Positions 39,001 to 50,657 of a stretch of 64,000 nucleotides of DNA are shown piece after piece. The DNA is from Gemmatimonadaceae bacterium (GTDB taxonomy: Bacteria; Gemmatimonadota; Gemmatimonadetes; Gemmatimonadales; Gemmatimonadaceae). The notes below the pieces were generated by a model that searched no databases, had not been told where the DNA came from, and worked only from the letters and a program-made list of their open reading frames with translations. Location: contig JBJMOW010000005.1 in the NCBI GenBank assembly GCA_045803545.1, positions 640,001 through 704,000 of the forward strand, read 5' to 3'. The position numbers were made by a program, and so were the translations under genes. How positions within the stretch are numbered: the first letter of the stretch is position 1; each line of letters begins with the position of its first letter.

Positions 39001-40622
39001 TGGCCACTGAGATGAAACCGCAGCGGACGTCCGTTCGTCGCGAAAGCAGAATGGATCTTACCCGGCAGGGTTTGACCCCGCACGGGGTGGTCCATTGGAA
39101 TTTGATTGCGCCCGAGCTCTTTCAGGCGGCGGCCCGACGTAATGAAGGCGAATTTGCCGATATGGGGCCGTTCGTCGCCGTCACATCGCCTCACACCGGC
39201 CGCTCGCCAAACGACAAGTTCGTCGTCAAAGAGCCATCATCGGAAGAGGATGTCGACTGGGGAAAGGTGAATCAGCCGATGTCCGTCGACCAGTACAAGA
39301 CCCTTCTGGCCGACGTGCGACAGTATTTGAGCCGGCTCGACGAGCTGTTCGTGGAAGATCTTTACTGTGGCGCTGATCCCGCATACCGGTTGTCAGTGCG
39401 CTACATCTCGCCAAACGCGTGGCACATGGCGTTTGTGCGGAACATGTTCATTCGCCCTGAGCTGAGCGACCTGCCGACGTTCGATCCGAACTTTACCGTG
39501 CTGCACGCGCCTGAGTACCAGGCGGAGCCCGGTCGACATGGAACCAGAAGCAGCACTTTCATCGTTTTGAACATCGCCGAGCGGACGATTCTGATCGGCG
39601 GCACCCGTTACGCGGGTGAGCTCAAGAAGGCGATGTTCACGGTTATGAACTACCTGCTCCCAAAACAGGGTGTGTTTCCGATGCACTGCTCGGCGAACGT
39701 CGGCAAGGAAGGCGACACCGCGCTGTTCTTCGGCTTGTCGGGGACGGGCAAGACAACGTTGTCGGCCGACCCGCATCGCGGCCTGATCGGCGACGACGAA
39801 CACGGCTGGTCCTCTGACGGGATTTTCAATTTCGAGGGTGGCTGTTATGCGAAGGTGATCAACCTGTCGCCAGAGAGCGAACCCGACATTTATCGCACGA
39901 CGCAGATGTTCGGGACCGTGCTTGAAAACGTGGTACTCGATCCGGCGACCAAGAAAGTTCGATTCGCCGATCAGTCGATCACGGAAAACACCCGCGCGTC
40001 ATATCCACTCCACTACATTCGGAATTATGTCGAGGGCGGCCGGGGCGGTCATCCACGTAACGTCATCCTCCTCACTGCAGACGCATTCGGAGTGTTGCCG
40101 CCGATCGCGAAGCTGACTCCTCAGCAGGCGATGTACTTCTTTCTCTCGGGATACACGGCAAAAGTCGCCGGCACCGAGCGCGGGGTGAAGGAGCCGCAGC
40201 CAACTTTCAGCGCGTGCTTCGGCGCGGCCTTTCTCGTTTGGCCGGCGGTTAAATACGCGAAGATGCTCGGCCAGCTGCTCAAGGAGCATCAGTCGAATAC
40301 GTGGCTGATCAACACGGGCTGGACCGGTGGCCCTTACGGAAAGGGCAAGCGAATCAAGCTCAGTTACACTCGGACCATCGCCAAAGCTGCACTAGCCGGC
40401 GAACTGGATCAGGCCAAGACACGACAAGATTCCGTCTTCGGCCTCGCAGTCCCCGTGGAGATTCCCGGAGTGCCGGGAGACGTCTTGAACCCGCGCACAA
40501 CGTGGGCTGATCCGAATGCCTACGACGAGCACGCGAAAAAGTTGGCAATGATGTTCCGCGACAACTTCGCGAAGTTTGGAACCATTGACGCGCCGATCAG
40601 AAACGCTGGGCCAAAAGTCTGA
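39000..40622 (+). CDS. pckA: Phosphoenolpyruvate carboxykinase (ATP)
   Basis: HTGRSPNDK, YAGELKK, MHCSAN, GLSGTGKTTLS, IGDDEHGW, EGGCYAK. Confidence 0.97.
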   Translation: MATEMKPQRTSVRRESRMDLTRQGLTPHGVVHWNLIAPELFQAAARRNEGEFADMGPFVAVTSPHTGRSPNDKFVVKEPSSEEDVDWGKVNQPMSVDQYKTLLADVRQYLSRLDELFVEDLYCGADPAYRLSVRYISPNAWHMAFVRNMFIRPELSDLPTFDPNFTVLHAPEYQAEPGRHGTRSSTFIVLNIAERTILIGGTRYAGELKKAMFTVMNYLLPKQGVFPMHCSANVGKEGDTALFFGLSGTGKTTLSADPHRGLIGDDEHGWSSDGIFNFEGGCYAKVINLSPESEPDIYRTTQMFGTVLENVVLDPATKKVRFADQSITENTRASYPLHYIRNYVEGGRGGHPRNVILLTADAFGVLPPIAKLTPQQAMYFFLSGYTAKVAGTERGVKEPQPTFSACFGAAFLVWPAVKYAKMLGQLLKEHQSNTWLINTGWTGGPYGKGKRIKLSYTRTIAKAALAGELDQAKTRQDSVFGLAVPVEIPGVPGDVLNPRTTWADPNAYDEHAKKLAMMFRDNFAKFGTIDAPIRNAGPKV

Positions 40623-41880
40623 ATCGCATCTGACGACTAGACGGTCGGTCCGCTTCGAGATCCTGCGGGACCCCGTCTGGAATAACATCCGCGTCGATGA
40701 GCTGACTCTGAAGCTCGTCGACACTGACGTCTTTCAGCGTCTTCGCTACGTCCGGCAGCTAGGCTGGACGTATCTGGTCTATCCCGGCGCGACCCATTCA
40801 CGCTTCGAGCACGCGCTTGGAACTCACCACCTGGCGCGCCGCACCCTCGCGCTGCTCTGTGAGTCCGACGAATCGATATCGATCGGCGAGAAGGAGCAGG
40901 CAATTGTGCGATCGGCAGCGCTCCTTCACGATGTCGGTCACTACCCTTTTTCACACGCTCTGGAAGAGATCGGCGCTCTTCATCACGAAGACGTTGCGCG
41001 ATCACTCGTAACCGAGGGGAGCGTTGCCGCGCTGTTGACGAAACATATCGGCGACGATGCGCCCCTTGCGGTATTCGAGCTGATCAGCGGAAGGAGCCCC
41101 AGCGCGTTACAAGGACTCATCTCCGGCTCGTTGGATCTCGACAAGGTCGAGTATCTGAAACGCGACGCGTTCATGTGCGGAGTTCCGTACGGCGAGATCG
41201 ACGTCGATCGCCTGACAAACTCGATGGTTATCGTCGACGATCCGGACACAGGGCGGCGTGCACTTGGTGTGCGGGAGAAAGCCCTTTCTGCACTGGAATC
41301 GCTGTTGTTCGCCAAATACCAGATGTACCGCAACGTGTACTGGCACCACGCCGTGCGGAGCGCGACGGCGATGTACAAACGACTTGTCGAGGATGCGGTT
41401 CAGGATTCGGTGGTCGATGTCCACACCCTTGCCAGATACACCGACGAAGGCTTGATGCACAGACTGGAGAGCGCGCGTCCGACGGTGTTGCTGTCGGCAT
41501 TGAAGGAGCGCCGGTTGTACAAGCGCGCGGCAGAGTGGCCTGCAGCGGAGCTCGATGGTGGGCGGCTGGAGTGGATTGCTACCGATCGGGCTCGAGTAGC
41601 TCGCGCTGAGTCGGCACTCGCTCGCGAGTTCGGACTCGGCGACGGCGAGCTACTGCTGGATTATCCGCAAAAGACCCAAATGCTCGGTCTCGACCTTCCC
41701 GTACTCAGGCGCACTGGAGACGTTGAGCGACTCACCGGCGAGGGATGGAGCGGCACCATCAATCTGCCGTCGCTGTCCGAAGAATTGTACGAGAGTGCGC
41801 GCTGGCTCCGGGTCTTTACCGCCCGACGGACGACGCTGGACAGCGGCCGCGTGCGGGGAGCGCTGGAACGATCGCTCTGA
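40576..41880 (+). CDS. HD-domain phosphohydrolase (dGTPase/SAMHD1-like, YdhJ type); start uncertain
   Basis: RDPVW, FQRLRYVRQLG, HSRFEH, LLHDVGHYPFSH, DLDKVEYLKRD, MYRNVYWH. Confidence 0.9.
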   Translation: MEPLTRRSETLGQKSESHLTTRRSVRFEILRDPVWNNIRVDELTLKLVDTDVFQRLRYVRQLGWTYLVYPGATHSRFEHALGTHHLARRTLALLCESDESISIGEKEQAIVRSAALLHDVGHYPFSHALEEIGALHHEDVARSLVTEGSVAALLTKHIGDDAPLAVFELISGRSPSALQGLISGSLDLDKVEYLKRDAFMCGVPYGEIDVDRLTNSMVIVDDPDTGRRALGVREKALSALESLLFAKYQMYRNVYWHHAVRSATAMYKRLVEDAVQDSVVDVHTLARYTDEGLMHRLESARPTVLLSALKERRLYKRAAEWPAAELDGGRLEWIATDRARVARAESALAREFGLGDGELLLDYPQKTQMLGLDLPVLRRTGDVERLTGEGWSGTINLPSLSEELYESARWLRVFTARRTTLDSGRVRGALERSL

Positions 41881-41898
41881 TGGTGCGATATAAAGGGT

Positions 41899-42450
41899 AT
41901 GCCTTCGAAGACACTTTTCGCAGCCTCTCTGCTGCCAGTGTTCGCTTGCGCCTATCCGGTTACTTCAACGGGGTCGGGCGGCGCTGTGCGAGCATCAGTG
42001 GCTACGGCGGCCGAAGCGCACGCTACGGGGTCCGCCTACGGGGCGACTGAAGCACGCATCTTCGATTTGATCAACGCCGAACGACGACACCAGGGGCTCC
42101 GCTCCCTCGTGTTCAACGCGCAGCTGAATCAAATGGCGAGCATTCAGGCGCAGAACATGGCCTACTATCAGAAAATGGCGCACGTGCTGCCGAACGCGAC
42201 GTTGCCCACGCTCGGCGACCGTGCGCACTACGTAGGCTACCCGTTCATGCGTCTCGCCGAGAACGTGGCTTTGGGATATCCGAACGCCGAGACGGTTGTC
42301 GAGGGCTGGATGAACTCGCACGGTCATCGTCAGAACATTCTGGATGCCGGCGTCGTTGAGACAGGAATCGCTATCGCGCGGTCCGCGACCGGCGGGCTAT
42401 ATTTCTGCCAGGTGTTCGGTCGCCAAATGGTAGTCGGCGGGGGACTGTAG
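41899..42450 (+). CDS. CAP/SCP-domain lipoprotein
   Basis: VFAC lipobox; LINAERR, AENVA, WMNSHGHRQNIL, YFCQVFG. Confidence 0.9.
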   Translation: MPSKTLFAASLLPVFACAYPVTSTGSGGAVRASVATAAEAHATGSAYGATEARIFDLINAERRHQGLRSLVFNAQLNQMASIQAQNMAYYQKMAHVLPNATLPTLGDRAHYVGYPFMRLAENVALGYPNAETVVEGWMNSHGHRQNILDAGVVETGIAIARSATGGLYFCQVFGRQMVVGGGL

Positions 42451-42577
42451 AGCTTAGGAACGGTTGTTTCCAGAGGCTTGTTCACAGTCTAACTTGCTGC
42501 CCCAACGGTACTTATAGCGCTACCGCACAATCGCCCCATGATTGTGACCTACCCGTGCCTGCTACCGTCCTATAGGC

Positions 42578-43282
42578 ATGAGCCGACTCATGTTCTCAAG
42601 CGCCCTGCTGCTCGCCATTTCCGCTCCGGCAATCGCTCAGCAGGCAGGTTTCGCTTCAGCCGACAGCGGTCCCTCACCAGACGCGATCTTCGAGACGAAA
42701 GACGCGGCGATCGTGACCGCCGGACTCCTTCCACTCGCCAAATCTGACCTCCACAAAGGCGAGCGCGAAGTCCGCATCTGGTATTCCGGATTCGGAAACC
42801 CACAGTACCTCGTCATCATTCGCCAGAACGGCGCGAATGTCACCGGACGATTGATGCTTTGGTGGGACCAGTACTACGAAGGTTCAGCAAAGTCCGCGGA
42901 CGCACGCGTCGATAACTTCGTGCGTCACGGCTACGATTGCGGGCAGATCTCCAAGCGCGACTCACAGTTTGGTGAGGATCGCTGGATCAGCTCGATTTGC
43001 CAGGCGAACCTGAAGGGTTCACCAGATTGGAAGGCATTCCTTAGCGAGGTCGAGGCGCACGCGCTGCCGCAGTCGACTGCGGCAACAGCTGACGCTCAGG
43101 ACGACAGCGAGAACTGGGGAATCACCGTTGAGCGCCGCTCCGGAGCGAACTACGGCGTCTCGCATTACAAGACCGCGCTGACTTTCGGAGCCCCCGAGCC
43201 GGGCCGCGGACCGAAGCTGCAGGATATGATTCAGGCCCTGGCCGCATCGGCGCGCAAAGAACCGGTCGTCGCGCAGCACTAG
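42578..43282 (+). CDS. Secreted hypothetical protein
   Basis: Signal peptide ending AIA; EREVRIWY; followed by a terminator. Confidence 0.7.
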   Translation: MSRLMFSSALLLAISAPAIAQQAGFASADSGPSPDAIFETKDAAIVTAGLLPLAKSDLHKGEREVRIWYSGFGNPQYLVIIRQNGANVTGRLMLWWDQYYEGSAKSADARVDNFVRHGYDCGQISKRDSQFGEDRWISSICQANLKGSPDWKAFLSEVEAHALPQSTAATADAQDDSENWGITVERRSGANYGVSHYKTALTFGAPEPGRGPKLQDMIQALAASARKEPVVAQH

Positions 43283-43292
43283 ACCTCTCGAG

Positions 43293-43323
43293 AAAAGAGG
43301 CCGCCCGTTCGGGCGGCTTTTTT

Positions 43324-43325
<2 letters not shown>
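43293..43325 (+). terminator. Rho-independent terminator between convergent genes
   Basis: gccgccc-gttc-gggcggc followed by tttttttt. Confidence 0.85.
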
Positions 43326-45501
<2,176 letters not shown>

Positions 45502-45522
45502 CTTTGCAGCTTTGCCTCGCCC

Positions 45523-46716
45523 TTAGCTAGTTGGCGGATTGAACTGAGCGTGCTGGCCCTGCAGCCACGACTTGTGGTAGTTGGGATCTTCGATGTCGAG
45601 TGCCGGCTTCGCGACCTTCAACGGACGGAAGCTATCCATCATTACTGCCAGTTCGTCGGTGTACTTGGCGCCAATGCTTGCTTCGGCCCGCCCCGGATGC
45701 GGGCCATGCGGAATACCATCCGGATGATGCGTGATGCTCCCGAACTCGATTCCCTTGCGGCTCATGAATTCGCTCGACGCGTAGTAAAGCACTTCGTCCG
45801 AGTCGACGTTGCTGTGATTGTACGGAGCAGGCACCGCTTCAGGGTGAAAATCGTAGGGCCGTGGGCAGAACGAGCAGACGACGAATCCATCTCCCTCGAA
45901 AGTCTGATGCACCGGCGGCGGCTGATGCACTCGTCCGACGATCGGCTCGAAATCGTTGATGTTGAACGCCCACGGATAGAAGTAGCCGTCCCAGCCCACG
46001 ACGTCGAGAGGATGATGATCCAGCACGATCTCGTTGATGCCGTCGTACTGCTTCACCAAAATCGGGAAGTCTCCCATCTGATCGATCGGCTCGGTGAAAG
46101 TCGGCAGCCGAATGTCGCGCTCAGAGTATGGCGCGCCTTCCTTGAGCTGTCCGAACTCGTTCCGGTAGCGCTTCGGCCATCTTACGTGTCCGCGACTTTC
46201 GAAGACCACCACCTTGGGTTGCTCGCCACCAAGGTCGAAGCGATATCGATGCAGAATTCCGCGGTGGATGATCAGGTAATCGCCTTCGTGGAACGGAAGC
46301 GTTCCGTATGAGGTCTCGAGAGTGCCCTTTCCCTTGCTGATGTAGACCAGCTCGTCGGCTTGCGCATTCCGGTAGAAGTGCGCGTCGTTCTCGTCCGGCT
46401 CGACGTAGAGCATCGCGATATCCGCGTTGAACAGGAGCGGAATCCGGTCAAGGGTGGCGCTGCCGCCTTTCTTCACGCGCGACGTCAGGAAATGGCGATG
46501 CTTCAGCGTCTGATCCGGGTCGGCCTCGATCCGGCACTCGCGGATCCGTCGCGCCGATTTAACGGTGGTCGGCGGATGGATGTGATACAGCAGTGACGCC
46601 GTGCCGGTGAAACCCTCGTGCCCTACCAATTCCTCAGCGTAGATGCCGCCATCGGGCTTACGAAACGCGATGTGGCGTTTACGCGGAATGCGGCCAAGGG
46701 TGTGATAGATCGGCAT
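45523..46716 (-). CDS. hmgA: Homogentisate 1,2-dioxygenase
   Basis: IPRKRH, DVVGWDG, HQPPPVHQTF, PYNHSNVDSDEV, HPDGIPHGPHP; adjacent to hppD. Confidence 0.93.
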   Translation of the reverse strand: MPIYHTLGRIPRKRHIAFRKPDGGIYAEELVGHEGFTGTASLLYHIHPPTTVKSARRIRECRIEADPDQTLKHRHFLTSRVKKGGSATLDRIPLLFNADIAMLYVEPDENDAHFYRNAQADELVYISKGKGTLETSYGTLPFHEGDYLIIHRGILHRYRFDLGGEQPKVVVFESRGHVRWPKRYRNEFGQLKEGAPYSERDIRLPTFTEPIDQMGDFPILVKQYDGINEIVLDHHPLDVVGWDGYFYPWAFNINDFEPIVGRVHQPPPVHQTFEGDGFVVCSFCPRPYDFHPEAVPAPYNHSNVDSDEVLYYASSEFMSRKGIEFGSITHHPDGIPHGPHPGRAEASIGAKYTDELAVMMDSFRPLKVAKPALDIEDPNYHKSWLQGQHAQFNPPTS

Positions 46717-46719
46717 CGA

Positions 46720-47844
46720 TCAGAGATTCCCGCGCAGCTCTTGCTCGCGCTCGAGAGCTTCGAACAGCGCTTTGAAATTTCCGGCACCAAAGCTCTTGGC
46801 GCCTTTTCGTTGAATTATTTCGTAAAACAACGTCGGGCGATCCTCCATTGGCTTGGAGAAGATCTGCAACAGATAGCCCTCCTCATCGCGATCTACAAGG
46901 ATGCCGAGCTCACGCAGCATCTTCACATCTTCGTCGATGTGGCCAACGCGCTCTTCGACGGTGTCGTAGTAGGTACCCGGCACGCGCAGGAACTCGACGC
47001 CGTTATCGCGAAGCCTGGTCACGGTGTCGACGATGTTCTCGGTGGCGATTGCGATGTGCTGGCACCCAGGGCCCTGATAGAACTCGAGATACTCATCGAT
47101 CTGGGATTTCTTCTTCCCTTTGGCCGGCTCATTGAGCGGAAACTTGATCCGACCGTTGCCGTTGGCGACGACCTTCGACATCAGCGCCGAGTACTCGGTC
47201 GAGATGGTCTTGTCGTCGAAGGAGATCAGCTGCTTGAATCCAAGGATGTCTGCGTAGTACTTCACCCACTTGTTCATCGCTCCGAGCTCGACGTTGCCGA
47301 CACAATGATCGACGTATTTAAGTCCGACACCGTCGGAGTCGCCGCGACCGGCGAACGGAACGAACCCGGGCATGAACACGCCCCGGTAGTTCTTGCGCTC
47401 GACCAGGCTGTGGATCGTTTCGCCGTAGGTGCGAATTCCCGCAATCACCACTTCGCCGCTTTCGTCGGTGAGCGACTTCGGCTCGTATGCAGGCTGAGCA
47501 CCACGCTCGACCGCCAGCTTGAACGAGGTGCGCGCATCATCGACCCAGAGAGCGATGTCTTTGACGCCGTCGCCGTGTTTGTGGACGTGAGTGGCAATCT
47601 CGCTGTCGGGTCTCAGCGCCGTCGTCAGAATGAATCTGACTTTATCCTGCACTATGACGTAGCTGGCGCGATCCCGCGTGCCCGTCTCAGGCCCCCGGTA
47701 AGCCAGGATTTTGTACCCAAAAACTTGTCTATAGAACTGCGCGGCCTGCTTTGCATTACCGACGTAAAACTCGATGAAATCCGTTCCGTTGATCGGGAAG
47801 GTGTCGGTAACCTGCTCAGGTGCCGTAAGTGTCGCGGTTCCCAT
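46720..47844 (-). CDS. hppD: 4-hydroxyphenylpyruvate dioxygenase
   Basis: HGDGVKDIA, DHCVGNV, SQIDEYL, QHIA, LLQIF, FYEIIQR, FGAGNFKALFE. Confidence 0.97.
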   Translation of the reverse strand: MGTATLTAPEQVTDTFPINGTDFIEFYVGNAKQAAQFYRQVFGYKILAYRGPETGTRDRASYVIVQDKVRFILTTALRPDSEIATHVHKHGDGVKDIALWVDDARTSFKLAVERGAQPAYEPKSLTDESGEVVIAGIRTYGETIHSLVERKNYRGVFMPGFVPFAGRGDSDGVGLKYVDHCVGNVELGAMNKWVKYYADILGFKQLISFDDKTISTEYSALMSKVVANGNGRIKFPLNEPAKGKKKSQIDEYLEFYQGPGCQHIAIATENIVDTVTRLRDNGVEFLRVPGTYYDTVEERVGHIDEDVKMLRELGILVDRDEEGYLLQIFSKPMEDRPTLFYEIIQRKGAKSFGAGNFKALFEALEREQELRGNL

Positions 47845-47964
47845 GACTTCTCCGGTTCGACGCGATGTTGGTATCGGCTTTTACACTATGCTGACAACTA
47901 CCGTTCCCGAGTGGGGTCGGTGGTCGAGTCTCTAAATTAGCAAATTGAACGCCGGAGGGGGAAC

Positions 47965-48471
47965 TCAAACCAGCTCGAAGACAAGCTCCAACGCACCGCC
48001 CGGCTCGACCGCATCCCACTTCGCGAATAATTCCCCGCGTTTCTGGCGTACCGCGGCCAGGTCATCGTCGGTCAGGACCTTTGGATCCGCGAGCCCCTTC
48101 TCCGTGCAAAATTCAGCGAGCCGCTGATTGACATCATCGGCTCGAGCGAACTCGCCGCTGGCTCGCTCCAGATCGAGGAAGCCGACGATCATCTCGGACA
48201 ACACGGACTCGCCGGGTAAGGGGCCGTGGGGCCACGGCGTGCCGAAATCGGTCAGGTCCCAGCCGCTGGCGACGAGACCGTAAAAACCCCTGCCATGGCC
48301 AAGCACCGTTTCGACCGCGTAATGAGTGAGATCATGCCGCGGAAAGAAAGCCGCCTGCGCGTTCTTCATGCTCTGCCAGGTGGCACTGCCATCGGGGCGC
48401 GTGCAGGAGAGTGAGCTGCGCCCATCGGCGGCCTTCTTGATACGGATTATCAGCGGCTGCGATTCCGACAT
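47965..48471 (-). CDS. Hypothetical protein with HDLxH motif
   Basis: CTRPDGSATW, HDLTHYAVE, GFYGLVASGW; in an operon-like run. Confidence 0.7.
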   Translation of the reverse strand: MSESQPLIIRIKKAADGRSSLSCTRPDGSATWQSMKNAQAAFFPRHDLTHYAVETVLGHGRGFYGLVASGWDLTDFGTPWPHGPLPGESVLSEMIVGFLDLERASGEFARADDVNQRLAEFCTEKGLADPKVLTDDDLAAVRQKRGELFAKWDAVEPGGALELVFELV

Positions 48472-48480
48472 GCTCGCGAT

Positions 48481-49092
48481 CTAATGCAGGGTCTCGCCTT
48501 TCTCCAGCATCTCGAGAAACTTGCGCGAGAGCCTGTCACGGGTTTCCGGCTTTTTCGCAGTCGCCAACCGCCATATGATGGCGTAGCGATTCACGCGACT
48601 CAAAGTTTCGTAGAACGCCTTTGCCTTCGGACGAGCCTCGAGCTCGCGTTCGAACTCGGGTGGCATTATCGCGTTGGCGGGCGAATCATACGCCGATTCC
48701 CAGCGACCATCCTTTTTCGCGCGCTCGATTTCCGCCAGCCCACCCGCTCGCATCCGTCCGCTCTCGATCAGCGCGAGCGCCTTGCCGCGATTGATCACCG
48801 ACCAGAGACTCTTGGGTCTTCTCGGCACAAAGCGATGTAAGTAGGTCTTTTCGCTCTCCGGATGTACCAACGCGTCGATCCACCCAAAGCACAGCGCGCT
48901 GTCCAGCGCTTCCTGATGTGAGACGGACTTGATGCCCGACCCCTTCTTTGCAAAACGGATCCACACGCCTTCAGTTTTGTCCTGGTTCTTTTCGAGCCAG
49001 GCCTCGAAATCCTGTTGAGTCCTGAACGCCCGGATCGGTTTCGGCTCCGTCTTCTTCTTCTTCGCCTTCGCTTTCGTTTTTCTGACGGGCAT
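48481..49092 (-). CDS. YdeI/OmpD-associated family protein
   Basis: ALCFGWID, PRRPKSLWS, AKKDGRW, AKKPETR. Confidence 0.9.
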   Translation of the reverse strand: MPVRKTKAKAKKKKTEPKPIRAFRTQQDFEAWLEKNQDKTEGVWIRFAKKGSGIKSVSHQEALDSALCFGWIDALVHPESEKTYLHRFVPRRPKSLWSVINRGKALALIESGRMRAGGLAEIERAKKDGRWESAYDSPANAIMPPEFERELEARPKAKAFYETLSRVNRYAIIWRLATAKKPETRDRLSRKFLEMLEKGETLH

Positions 49093-49094
49093 GC

Positions 49095-49589
49095 TTACTC
49101 CATATGCATGCCGGCTCGATGATCCGTTCGCTGAAAGGCGAGGAACTCGTGGACGGCCTCTATAGCTGTCGGATTGCTCGTCGCAATTATCACCTCACCG
49201 CCACGCGGGAGATCCTTGGGCGTGTAGGTAATGTCATCGTGCAGCGCGCGCATCTGCTGGGTGCCGGGCACATCTTCCATCGCGTGCACAACACCGGGGA
49301 GTGTGAAATCTCCGGCGGCGAAGGCTTTGGCGATGGTGCGCATGTGCTCGCGGATCACGGCTTCCCCCGCCGAGTCTGCTTCTTTGCGCTGGAGCACGAT
49401 TCGCCCGCCGGTGGGCAGCGGCTCGAAGACGTGCTGCGAGGTGTACTGGTCGACCCCCATCACCGTCGCTCCACGCTGCTGCAGTTTCGCGAACGATGAA
49501 TCCGATGACTGCGCGGTTTTGTTGCGGCCCGAATTGCCTGACGAGCACGCCACAACAGCAATGAGCAGGATGAGTCTTTCTGCCGTCAT
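49095..49589 (-). CDS. Hypothetical His-containing lipoprotein
   Basis: VVAC lipobox; MGVDQYTSQHVF, FAAGDF..P..VH, VHEFLAFQRTDH. Confidence 0.72.
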   Translation of the reverse strand: MTAERLILLIAVVACSSGNSGRNKTAQSSDSSFAKLQQRGATVMGVDQYTSQHVFEPLPTGGRIVLQRKEADSAGEAVIREHMRTIAKAFAAGDFTLPGVVHAMEDVPGTQQMRALHDDITYTPKDLPRGGEVIIATSNPTAIEAVHEFLAFQRTDHRAGMHME

Positions 49590-49765
49590 GTTTTCGTTTC
49601 CTTCCCACGCGCTTCGGCGAGCTTCCTGGCTATGCCTCGATAGAACGCAGCGTCGGTGGTTTTTCGCTGCTCGTCCAGACTTATCGCCGCCAGCTCCAGA
49701 GCGTAAAGAATATTTCCGAGGTAGAGCTGAGCGACAGAAGAGACGCTCTCGGTCTCGTCACCCAT
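49586..49765 (-). CDS. Small hypothetical protein
   Basis: MGDETESVSSVAQLYLGNILYALE...FYRGIARKLAEARGKE; overlaps both neighbours (translational coupling). Confidence 0.6.
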   Translation of the reverse strand: MGDETESVSSVAQLYLGNILYALELAAISLDEQRKTTDAAFYRGIARKLAEARGKETKT

Positions 49766-50558
49766 GCGCCGGTGTTGGAGGCGGAGGGACCGGTGTGATG
49801 TCGCGGTCTGTGCCATTCGCCTGCGCGCCGAGCACGCGCACCACGACGGCGGTGATATTGTCGTTTCCGCCGTTGACGTTCGCTTCCTGGATCAGTGCGT
49901 CGACGATGCGCTCAGGCTTCGCGCGGGATAGCAACAGCTGCTGAATCCGTCGGTCGTCGACCATTCCAGTCAGGCCGTCACTCGCCAGCAGAAAAGAATC
50001 ACCGACGCGCGCTTCGCCGTCGAACACGTCGGGGTCGATGTCGTCGGCCATACCAATGCACCGCGTGATGACGTTGCTTTGCGGATGGCGCCTTGCCTGC
50101 TCCGGCGTCAGCAGGCCCGCGTCGACTTGCTCCTGAACCAGCGAGTGGTCCTTGGTGAGCTGGCGCATCTGGCCATCGCGAACGAGATAAATTCGCGAGT
50201 CTCCAACGTGGCCCACGAGATACCGCGTCTCCGACAACAGCAGCGCGGACACCGTGCTTCCCATCCCCAGCTTGTCGCGCTCCGTACGCGTACGCTCGAA
50301 TACAGCGCGGTTGGCGGCGCGCAGCGCGGTGGCAACTCGTTTGTGCGAGTCGCCTGACTGGAGCTCGTTCAGATCGGCCAATTGGTGGCTTACCATCTCC
50401 ACGGCCATCTCGCTGGCAACTTCGCCGGCAGCGTGCCCACCCATTCCGTCCGCGACTATGAATAGACCGCGATATGCGTTGGCCGATGCGTGCAGAGAGT
50501 CTTCATTGCCCTTTCTGATTCGGCCCACATCTGTGCGCGCCGCAACAGCAAGGTGCAC
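49758..50558 (-). CDS. PP2C-family Ser/Thr protein phosphatase (Stp1-like)
   Basis: TDVGRIRKGNED, VADGMGGHAAGEVAS, HVGDSR, SDGL, GGNDNIT. Confidence 0.94.
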   Translation of the reverse strand: MHLAVAARTDVGRIRKGNEDSLHASANAYRGLFIVADGMGGHAAGEVASEMAVEMVSHQLADLNELQSGDSHKRVATALRAANRAVFERTRTERDKLGMGSTVSALLLSETRYLVGHVGDSRIYLVRDGQMRQLTKDHSLVQEQVDAGLLTPEQARRHPQSNVITRCIGMADDIDPDVFDGEARVGDSFLLASDGLTGMVDDRRIQQLLLSRAKPERIVDALIQEANVNGGNDNITAVVVRVLGAQANGTDRDITPVPPPPTPAHG

Positions 50559-50657
50559 TAGCAGTTGCTCATTGGAATGAACGATCTGTTGAGTAAATCC
50601 AACCGGAGAAGGACCTTCTTGCCTCAAAGTACGGAAGCGTGAAAAGAGCGGCAAGCG

